Shown here piece by piece: positions 42,501 to 50,533 of a stretch of DNA of 64,000 nucleotides (positions are counted from its first letter, which is position 1; the number at the start of each line of letters is the position of its first letter). This DNA comes from an uncultured delta proteobacterium (GTDB lineage Bacteria > Desulfobacterota > Desulfomonilia > UBA1062): contig CAVVYZ010000019.1 in NCBI GenBank assembly GCA_963752595.1, forward strand, positions 1-64,000, in the 5' to 3' direction. Both the position numbers and the translations under genes were made by a program. The notes below the pieces were generated by a model. The model ran no database searches. It was not told the origin of the DNA and saw only the letters and a list, made by a program, of their open reading frames with translations.

Positions 42501-42606
42501 CAACAACTTCAGTTTTTCCGCTTCCTGCACATGCCAGTATGAGTAGGTTCCCGTCCCGGTGCTCGATAGCAGCTTTTTGTTTATCTGTATAATGCAATAC
42601 CCTCAA
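39566..42606 (-). CDS. UvrD/PcrA-like SF1A helicase fused to a C-terminal PD-(D/E)XK (RecB/Cas4-like) nuclease (two frameshifts)
   Basis: ACAGSGKT, GTIHSFC, VDEYQD, GDDDQAIYGWRG, NFRS, TVHGAKGLEW, YVALTR; then RCP..IH..GSIDL..VDFKT..QLRLYA..CKRCDFRVIC. Confidence 0.92.
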
Positions 42607-42609
42607 TCA

Positions 42610-43669
42610 TTAACTCCTTATAGCAGAACGGAGAGTAGGTGCCAGTTCTTCAATTAGCTGTAAAGGAACTGCATTACCAATCTGCGTTGCAATATCAACA
42701 GACGAACCAAAGAATTTGTAATGATCGGGAAATGTCTGTAGCCTGGCCGCCTCCCTCAAAGTAATCGCTCGATTACTGCCCGGATGAGCAAAACGTCCTT
42801 TTGTAACGTCGGTGCATCCAGTGTAAGGTTGGTGCCACATCACGCCATTTCATGCGTCCATAAACGTCCGGATGCCCTTTGTAATCTTTATGACATCTAA
42901 GTTTCAAATGATACGGTAAATGATGACGGCTTCCTCTGCATCTTTTGGTATATAAGACAGCCTTTCCAAAACAATAAGTTTATGGTTTCGTGAAAAATGA
43001 AGATCATCGGATTTATCAATCTCCCCAGAGTTGATATTTGGAAGATCACCTATGGCATCCCATACCGTTATCCTTCTCCGGGAGGAGTAGTAGGTTTTGG
43101 TATTTTTGGAGGTAGCCCATTTTTCTTTTAGCCAGAAGGATGCATCTTAGTCTTCTTTGTGGTACACCATAATCGGCTGCATCTATCTTTATAGGTTCAC
43201 TCAAAGCGTAATTAAGATTTCCAGCCCTCTACGTAGCGCATCAAGAAGCGGAAGAAACTTTTGTTTCTTGATACCAGGTACATTCTCAAAGAAAATAATC
43301 TTTGGCGACAGCACCCTTGCAAAATCAATTGCTTTTAAGATTAACTCTGAACGAGTATCTTCAGACGATCTATTATTCTGACTACTAAAAGGTTGACAGG
43401 GAGCACATACAACTAACAAGTCTAAGTCTTTTTTATTCAATAATTCTTCATGTATGTACTTAGGGTTTACGCAATTAATGTCACTCTCAAATAATCTAAC
43501 TCCTGGGTTATTTTGACGATATGTTTGACAAGCTATAGGATCATTGTCTATTGCTGCAACAACTCTGAACTTTCTCTTTTTTAACGCGACAGTAACACCT
43601 CCACAGCCGCAGTACATATCCACGACTGTTGGCCATTTCCGTTTTATTTTTCGAGCACTTTATATCCAT
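42610..43669 (-). CDS. dcm: DNA (cytosine-5)-methyltransferase (frameshifted)
   Basis: Motif I DMYCGCGG, IV APCQPFS, VI ENVPG, VIII YGVPQRRLR, IX REAARLQTFPD, X QIGNAVP. Confidence 0.92.
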
Positions 43670-43806
43670 GTTCTAGATAATTTATTAAACTTATTAGAAT
43701 TCATACGCAATAATTAAAATCATTAGTATTCGTGGAACTGGGGGCCAAAGACCCTTCCCCAAAAGTAAAATGACATAAGACATAAATGGGGACAGAGACC
43801 ATTTTC

Positions 43807-43886
43807 CTCAAAGCGAATTCGCCCCACATAACATCGGAGTGACGGTGCTCTTTCCGACATCGATCAAAACAAATCTCCTGAAGAAA
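43807..43886 (+). pseudogene. degenerate fragment of an SDR gene, homologous to 33076-33156
   Basis: ctcaa-agcgaattcgccccacataacatcggagtgacggtg..ccgacat..atcaaaacaaatctc aligns to the SDR coding sequence. Confidence 0.75.
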
Positions 43887-44075
43887 AGGGGAGAAATTTC
43901 CATGAAGAATTGCGACTGGATGAATTGGGAGGAGTCCAAACAAAGGAAATTTTAGAAATGTGAACCCACCTCCAATATCCCCCGCCTCCCCTTTTCCGCA
44001 ATAATTTATCATAAAAATTCTTCAAGAAGCTTAACACCTTGACAGAGGGGTTAAATGAATATTTAATTTGCCTTC

Positions 44076-44933
44076 ATGATGCCGCAGGAAAAGTTGGAAA
44101 CGAGCCAGGAGAGTGCATCGCCTCCGATACCGGATGATAAAAACCGCCTGGCGTGGCTCTCACATGCTGCCCTCATTGTCCTTGGTTTTGCCTTCTCGTA
44201 TTTTCTCGCATTCGTCTACGAGCGGGCATACTGCAAGTATTTCACTGTCCCGGTTTCGCTCATACGGCCCGACATGACGACTGTTCTGGCTTTTGCTGTC
44301 GCATTGTACACCTTTTCGCTCTCGATATTCGGGCTGGTCAGTATCCTCTATATGTTTTTTCATCCCGGCGAGCAGAGGAGGGTCTCGGCTGTCGGCCGCT
44401 TCATCCAGACACGGGGCATTCTCGTTCTTTTAGCGATAATCATAGCTGCCGCATACCGATGGAATAAGTACGGCTGGATAACGATCGCCATCATCCTTGC
44501 AATATTATTTGTCCTGGACGTTCTGCCGGCAATCATAGAGAGAAAGAAGTTCAGCACGTTCAATGCGGCGTTTCATGCAGCCATGGACGGCACGGACAGG
44601 ATGAACACGATCTGGGTGCCTATCAAACGCAGATTCGGCGAGCAGATATTCGCCCTCTACCTGTTCTGCTGGTGTGCCGTCAGTGTGGCAGGGGCCCTGG
44701 GTGAATCGGCCGCAGAGAGGCAGACCAGATTCCTGGTTCCGGATCTGAAACCGGATTCCATCGTAGTGAAGATGTACGGGGATAACGTGATCTGCATTTC
44801 CATCGACCGGGCCAAAAAAAAGACCGGCAAGGTATTAACCATACTCAATCTTCAGGAACCATCGGCAACACGGCTGCACTGGGAGAAGCTCGGCCCGTTC
44901 AAAGAAAATAAAGAACTCGATGCACAGCCATAG
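44076..44933 (+). CDS. hypothetical multi-TM membrane protein
   Basis: 285-aa ORF with about 5 hydrophobic segments. Confidence 0.75.
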   Translation: MMPQEKLETSQESASPPIPDDKNRLAWLSHAALIVLGFAFSYFLAFVYERAYCKYFTVPVSLIRPDMTTVLAFAVALYTFSLSIFGLVSILYMFFHPGEQRRVSAVGRFIQTRGILVLLAIIIAAAYRWNKYGWITIAIILAILFVLDVLPAIIERKKFSTFNAAFHAAMDGTDRMNTIWVPIKRRFGEQIFALYLFCWCAVSVAGALGESAAERQTRFLVPDLKPDSIVVKMYGDNVICISIDRAKKKTGKVLTILNLQEPSATRLHWEKLGPFKENKELDAQP

Positions 44934-45007
44934 TCAACATACATGGACATCTCTGCGGCTTATTGGTATTGCCTTAAGTACTCCAAGATGGAAAGGGCCT
45001 CCCCCAA

Positions 45008-45165
45008 ATGAAAACTATAAAAAAATGCCGGTGATGCTTTGTTTGTTCATTATGGCAATATCGCTTCTCCCCGCCTGCAGACACAGTGATCGAAGTACAA
45101 ACTCTGCCGCGCCGGATGCCCCGGCAGGGGTTGCGGCTGATAATATTGCACGCTGGGGGAAATGA
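45008..45165 (+). pseudogene. lipoprotein 5' remnant (possibly FnIII-containing)
   Basis: Lipobox LLPAC, then PDAPAGV; stops just before a GGGGACAGATTTATTT repeat at 45183. Confidence 0.4.
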
Positions 45166-45314
45166 TCCGTCCGGGGAGAATTGGGGACAGATTTATTTTT
45201 CGGCTGTGTCCTGGCTCTGCTTAGTGCGCGAACGGATAAGAGAGTTAGCCAATAGATGTAAACTTTATATTGTGTTAGATTCAGCTTGAAAACTAAACAT
45301 CGGAGGTGACCGTC

Positions 45315-46549
45315 ATGTGGGCATTGCAGAAAGCGTATTACCGTACGTATCAGTTCGTCATGGGTCTGGGTATGAATTTCCTTCCCTGGCTCGAACCCGA
45401 AATCATTTACGGCATGGACAGCATAAAAAAGCTCCCTTCCGCCATCAAGTGGAAAGGCATTAAAAGCGTTCTTATCGTTACCGACCAGGGCCTCATGGGC
45501 CTCCACCTTCTCGATTCCCTCTTTGAGGCGCTCAATCAGGTACGCATCAAGTATGTGCTCTATGACCAGGTGCAGCCCAATCCGACAATCGAAAACATCG
45601 AAGCATCATTCAAGGTCTACAACGAAAACAAGTGCGAGGCCATCATAGCCTTCGGCGGCGGCTCACCGATGGACTGCGCAAAAGTAACCGCCGCTCGCGC
45701 TGCCCGCCCGAGCCGTTCGGTTACCAATATGAGAGGCTTGTTCAGGGTGATACTCCCTTCTCTGAAAATGGGATCTGTTTTCCCCCGGCCATTTTTGCCG
45801 TTCCGACAACCGCAGGGACAGGCTCCGAAACGACCATAGCAGCCGTCGTATCGAATACGCAAACCCATGAAAAATACCCTATCACCGACCCTGCCATCCG
45901 TCCGAGATACGCGGTTCTCGACCCGGTCCTTACCGTGGGTCTTCCGCCTCACATCACCGCAACTACAGCCATGGATGCCATGACGCATGCCGTGGAGTCC
46001 TACATCGGCAAGTTCTATAATAATGCAGCTACCAGTACGAAAGCCGTCCTGGCAGTTGAAATGATTTTCAAGTATGCTGAAAGAGCTTTCAACGACGGGA
46101 AAGACCTCGAAGCACGCGGGCAGATGCTCCTTGCTTCGTATTATGCGGGATATTCATTCACCCGGGGCGGCGTCGGCTATGTTCACGGGATCGGCCATAA
46201 CCTCGGCGGCATGTATGGCGTTCCCCACGGTCTAGCGATGTCTGTCATCATGCCCTACGTTCTCGAGTGGTACGGCGAAGCAGTGCACAAACCTCTGGCT
46301 GAGCTTGCGGAGGTTGCGGGCGTCTCCAAGTTCGACATGAGCCGGGCTCAGAAGGCCAAAGCTTTTATCGAAGCCATTAAAGCCCTCAACAGCAGATTAA
46401 ACATTCCGACCAAGTTCGACTGCATTAAAGATGAAGACATCCCGATAATCGCAGAACGCGCATTGAATGAATGCAACCCAACCTACCCTGTTCCTAAAAT
46501 CATGGGCAAAGAGGACTGCATGGCGGTTATCAGATCACTCAAAGCATAA
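45315..46549 (+). CDS. iron-containing alcohol dehydrogenase (frameshift near 45785)
   Basis: GGGSPMD, PTTAGTGSE, DAMTHAVE, VHGIGH, PHG. Confidence 0.92.
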
Positions 46550-46563
46550 CTGCAAAATAAACG

Positions 46564-46615
46564 AAAAGGGGACAGATTTATTTATTGTTTCTTAAAAATA
46601 AATCTGTCCCCTTTT
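46564..46615. repeat. REP-like perfect 20-bp inverted repeat, probable bidirectional terminator
   Basis: AAAAGGGGACAGATTTATTT ... AAATAAATCTGTCCCCTTTT between convergent genes. Confidence 0.8.
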
Positions 46616-46621
46616 TTGTCA

Positions 46622-47737
46622 TCACTTTCCCACGAGAGATCCCGAGTCGCCTCTTCCCTCGATAACGTCCACAACCCTCTTGCAGAAATACGGAGCAACC
46701 CTTTTGGAAAAGTCCGGATTGAGGTTTGAATCCATCGGGCCGGCGCTATATTCACTCTTGAAAGAATTGCCGCCATCGGTCTGGAGTTCGAAGAAATCCC
46801 ATAGATAAATATTATCACCCGGTTCATCCCATTCCTTTTTAACCCATTCAAAAAACTCCCGTGCAAGCTGTGCCTGGCCTTCAGGTGCTGCTCCCTGGAC
46901 AATCGCCGGTCCTGTCCAGACAATGAACCTTGTCTTTGGGAAAGACCTCATATGATTTTTTAACGCCCTGTATTCCAGTTTGTAATTCACCATCGTTTTT
47001 TCAGAAGGTTGAGTGCCCGCATTCCCTGCGTCAGGGAGGATCGAGCTTACCGGGAAGGAGTGCTTCCATATTACGACATTATAGTTCCGGGTCAGATTCT
47101 CCAATGTGGGCTCTCCCCTGAATGATTGTGGTCCTGCGTGGTTCACCCATATGTTCCAATAATCATACGGGTTGTTGTTCCAGCCATAGGGAGCCTTCCT
47201 GGGAAACTCGAGCTCGGTTACAGAGTAATTCTTGCCGTGCCGGGCATTGTAATCTGCAAACCATTCCGGAACTCCGCCGGCCCAGACGGAACTCCCGACA
47301 CTATGATGGAGGAAAACAACCTTGGCACTGTCCCCCAGCGACTTCGGGTTATCCTGAGTAATCGTTATGCGGGCTGTAGCGGAAAGGTTGGTAAAACGGG
47401 CAGTCATGGTTACGCTGCCAGGTGAAATTCCCTTGACGACCCCCTTGTTTTCATAGTCATTGCCTATGGCAGCAATGGATTCATCGGATGATTCCCACCT
47501 CGCATATTCCGAGATTTCCTCTGTGTACCCACTTAAAAGGGATACCGATGCTTTTAATTTACCTGTCCACTGCATCGGCAGGCTCATTTCACCGGGAGAG
47601 ATCGCCAGGGAAGCGTCACTAGTATCTCCCGCCTTCATGACTGGTGCCGATACTTGTGAAGAATCTTTCCCGCACCCTGCGATCGAAGCAGAGGTCAACA
47701 TAAGGCAGAGGGATATCAATACCATTCGCATCTTCAT
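46622..47737 (-). CDS. lipoprotein with Ig-like (Big_2) domain and a conserved 'FLHHSVG' domain
   Basis: Lipobox IAGC; WESSDESIAAI..GVVKGISPGSVTMTA; VFLHHSVG. Confidence 0.8.
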   Translation of the reverse strand: MKMRMVLISLCLMLTSASIAGCGKDSSQVSAPVMKAGDTSDASLAISPGEMSLPMQWTGKLKASVSLLSGYTEEISEYARWESSDESIAAIGNDYENKGVVKGISPGSVTMTARFTNLSATARITITQDNPKSLGDSAKVVFLHHSVGSSVWAGGVPEWFADYNARHGKNYSVTELEFPRKAPYGWNNNPYDYWNIWVNHAGPQSFRGEPTLENLTRNYNVVIWKHSFPVSSILPDAGNAGTQPSEKTMVNYKLEYRALKNHMRSFPKTRFIVWTGPAIVQGAAPEGQAQLAREFFEWVKKEWDEPGDNIYLWDFFELQTDGGNSFKSEYSAGPMDSNLNPDFSKRVAPYFCKRVVDVIEGRGDSGSLVGK

Positions 47738-47906
47738 TCTACGTCATTTACAGGAATACAGCCGTTGCGTCCAGATCTCCGAACCTATAATGGCAGCCAT
47801 ATCAGGAATACCTGTGCAACCGGGTGAAATGTGTTTTCCCAATAACGGCGTTTATTGTCCATAAGATTTACTGTCATCCGGCCTTATTCTGCGGACAGTA
47901 TGAGAC

Positions 47907-48013
47907 AGGTAAATGGCTGTTGCGCAAGGCATGAAGAAGGTTAGAGATAAACAGGGTCAAGTCTTGATTTTTTACTTTCCCGGCTTTACGTTTGTAAAAA
48001 ACAAGTCCTGTCC
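47907..48013. repeat. dispersed repeat plus degenerate GGGGTCAGGTCTTG-family inverted repeat
   Basis: 47907-47971 aligns with 27581-27644; 47953-48013 aligns with 33456-33517 including the spacer. Confidence 0.7.
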
Positions 48014-48047
48014 CGAATTGTCTTGGCCCGACCCCTTCCCAGCTGTC

Positions 48048-49352
48048 TTACTTCGGGCTTCCCGAAGGATTGTATCCGTCTGAAAGCGTCTTCAGGAAGG
48101 CCAGAATGGCATCCTCATCTTCCCGGCTCAGGCCAATGTTGCCCATGTCGGTCTTGTTGATGTTCCCGGACACTTCCGGTGCCGGCCGGCAGTTGACGCC
48201 CGGATTGGGGCTGGTTACCGACTCCGGCCTGGGGAGCACATCCCGCGTGTTGTAGTAGTGGACCACCTCGTTGATGCTCTTGAAGAAGCCGTTGTGTCCA
48301 TAGGCCTTCACAAACCGTGGGTTCGGCCTTTTGTCGACGTTCCGCAACGTCGGGACCTGGTGCTTGCCGAAATTTGCATCGGCATACTTCGCATACCCGG
48401 TCTGGTCTTTCAGGAAGCCAGCAAGACCCGGGTCGACCCACTGCTCTCCGTCGGGATTGAATTCCACAGGCATCTTGTAAAAGGGATTGCGGGGGTTTCT
48501 CGGAATGCCGGTATTGTCGAAAGTGAAATCGGTAAAGAGCGGCGGCTCGCCCCTGGGACCCGGCCTGCTCGTATGGCACTGGGCGCATTTCGCCTTGCCC
48601 TCGAACAGTGCAAGCCCCTTCTTTTCCTCAAGCGTGAGCCCTGCCCTGCCCTTGAGGTAATAGTCGTACTTGGAGCTGAACATATTGACCTTATCGGAAC
48701 CCTCGAAGGAGGCAATGGCGATTGCAATGATGTCGTATGCCCTGGATGCGTTTTCATCCGAGCAGATATCGCTGATACTCCAGATCCTGCTTGCCACTTT
48801 CTTCAGCAGCGGCGCGTAGTCTGCCCGGCAGGCCTTGGCCGCAACGGCCTTAGCGTCTGCATTGCTCTGCTCCAGCGGATTCAGGAACGGGCCCTGTGCC
48901 TGGTCTGCAGCCGGATTGCCCAGCTTCTCGCCTGTAGCGCGGCCGTCCCAGAAATTCCCGCCGATGAACTGCATGCTCCCCTTTATCTTCGCCCGGTGAA
49001 GCTGCGGGCTCATGTTTGCATAGGCCGAGCTGTTCGGCTTCCGGTTGCCGAACCTCCCGTGCACTGCACCGGGGTAAACGCCGCCCCCCTTGTTGACCTC
49101 TTCATCGGGCCCGGTCCACCCCACTTCCTGTGCATGACAGGCAGCACACGACTGCCCGGGAGGGGTAGAAAGGTTCTTGTCGAAGAAAAGCTTCTCGCCA
49201 AGCTGCTGCAGATCTCTGTTCTTCATGAGCTTCTCAGAATACCGGATATCGGATTTGTCTGCAGGACCGGCAGCTCCGGAATATTGCGAAACGGCGCATA
49301 CGGCAGAAATCGACACTGCTATGCACAACCATGAAAAGGACTTCGTTTTCAT
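48048..49352 (-). CDS. di-haem cytochrome c peroxidase (bCcP/MauG superfamily)
   Basis: Signal peptide; LGEKLFFD, CAACH, FWDGRA, CAQCH, VPTLRNV. Confidence 0.92.
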   Translation of the reverse strand: MKTKSFSWLCIAVSISAVCAVSQYSGAAGPADKSDIRYSEKLMKNRDLQQLGEKLFFDKNLSTPPGQSCAACHAQEVGWTGPDEEVNKGGGVYPGAVHGRFGNRKPNSSAYANMSPQLHRAKIKGSMQFIGGNFWDGRATGEKLGNPAADQAQGPFLNPLEQSNADAKAVAAKACRADYAPLLKKVASRIWSISDICSDENASRAYDIIAIAIASFEGSDKVNMFSSKYDYYLKGRAGLTLEEKKGLALFEGKAKCAQCHTSRPGPRGEPPLFTDFTFDNTGIPRNPRNPFYKMPVEFNPDGEQWVDPGLAGFLKDQTGYAKYADANFGKHQVPTLRNVDKRPNPRFVKAYGHNGFFKSINEVVHYYNTRDVLPRPESVTSPNPGVNCRPAPEVSGNINKTDMGNIGLSREDEDAILAFLKTLSDGYNPSGSPK

Positions 49353-49624
49353 ACATGACCTCCCCTTATAATGATCAGCGTATGATCTGTTACGGGATGC
49401 TGCTGCAGTCGGCACGGGGTTGCCCTTTCCCGTTACACGATGATGTAATTGACTGGTTATATCACTAATAAATAGTACTGATGGCAGGCAAGGACAATGC
49501 AGTTAATCTGAGAAGCAGTGGCCATTTCCCGATTTTAAGCATTCCAGCAGGGCACGATGGTGAGAATCAGGGTCTGACCGCAACGTCAATAAACGCTCTC
49601 AGCATATGGATAAACCGTCCTGTC

Positions 49625-50019
49625 TCACCATTTCTCTTTCATGATCTCTGCGCGCTTGAGCGTGAACTCTTCTTCGCTGATCAGCCTGTCGCGCTTCAGG
49701 GCTTCAAGGCTGCGCAGGCGCTGCATGGGGTCGTCTTCTCTGCCGTCCTGCCGAAGGCCCGGTTCTGTTTCGATATCGATCAGGGACAATCCTTTTGTGC
49801 GCTTGAGATTGAGAACATGATAGACCAGCATGACAAGGGCGGTCGCTATCCATGCAACCATGAAGAGGTAGAAGAAAACGGACATGGCAGCAGGCGCTTC
49901 ATTTTCGGAAAGCACATTCGCGACCAGGGAAAAAAAGCTATACCGAAAAGGAGCATGAAACAGGCGACGATCAATGACCCGAGTGACGCAGACTTGCTTG
50001 GCTTTACACCTATCTTCAT
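49625..50019 (-). CDS. two-TM protein with C-terminal SHOCT domain (frameshift in a homopolymer)
   Basis: MKIGVKPSKSASLG..; RLRSLEALKRDRLISEEEFTLKRAEIM. Confidence 0.8.
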
Positions 50020-50031
50020 TGTTCAATCCTC

Positions 50032-50533
50032 TCAACAATAAACCTGATCGGCCTGTTGTTCGATGAGCGATACCTTTCCGGCTTTCGCCTTTTTGAAGTA
50101 TGGGTCGTCCTGACGGATTGAGAGGGCGAAAGAGGATGAAAAGGATTGTCAGAAAGAGAAAAAGGACCAGGGGGTTCACCTTCAGCCTCGGAATGGAAGC
50201 GAGCATGCCCCCTATCGTGAACGGCTCTCCCTTCCTATTCGCCCTGGGCTGCGTAAAGGATCAGCAGCGCCGCGACGGGCCCGATGACAGGCAGCACTGC
50301 TGCGGCAGCGGCACCATAGAAGCTTAGGCTCCTGAACGGGCGCATAGCCCTCTGTCTTTCAGCTCCGCATATGCGCCGAGGACAAATGCCAGGCAGGCGA
50401 AACCGTATGCTATGCAAAAGAAGGCCTGGGCGCCGGAAACGGGCATCATGCCAGCAAGGAGGGCCGCGATATGGCTGACCAGGCCTGTGGACAGGGCGTT
50501 TCTTCCGAAGGCTGTATAGGCTATCTCCCTCAC
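50032..50533 (-). CDS. hypothetical membrane protein (frameshifted)
   Basis: Consecutive hydrophobic segments across frames, ending QDDPYFKK.. Confidence 0.55.

Larger units (their letters stand above)
37516..43790. mobile_element. AT-rich horizontally acquired defence islet (no integrase seen)
   Basis: Abrupt shift to AT-rich sequence; four tightly spaced defence-type genes; boundaries approximate. Confidence 0.65.

Noticed and set aside
37530-43669. Ordinary type II RM system (dcm-REase-vsr)
   Set aside because: No stand-alone REase-like ORF; the space between MTase and vsr is fully occupied by the helicase-nuclease and the ATPase/TOPRIM gene
48258-49334. Long antisense ORFs (358 aa here; also 51767-52744, 12400-13230, 27760-28524)
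   Set aside because: Shadow ORFs opposite well-supported genes, as expected in GC-rich coding DNA; no motifs
49409-49425. Possible sigma54 promoter CGGCACGGGGTTGC
   Set aside because: GG-to-GC spacing is one base short of the -24/-12 consensus and it points away from the adjacent peroxidase gene
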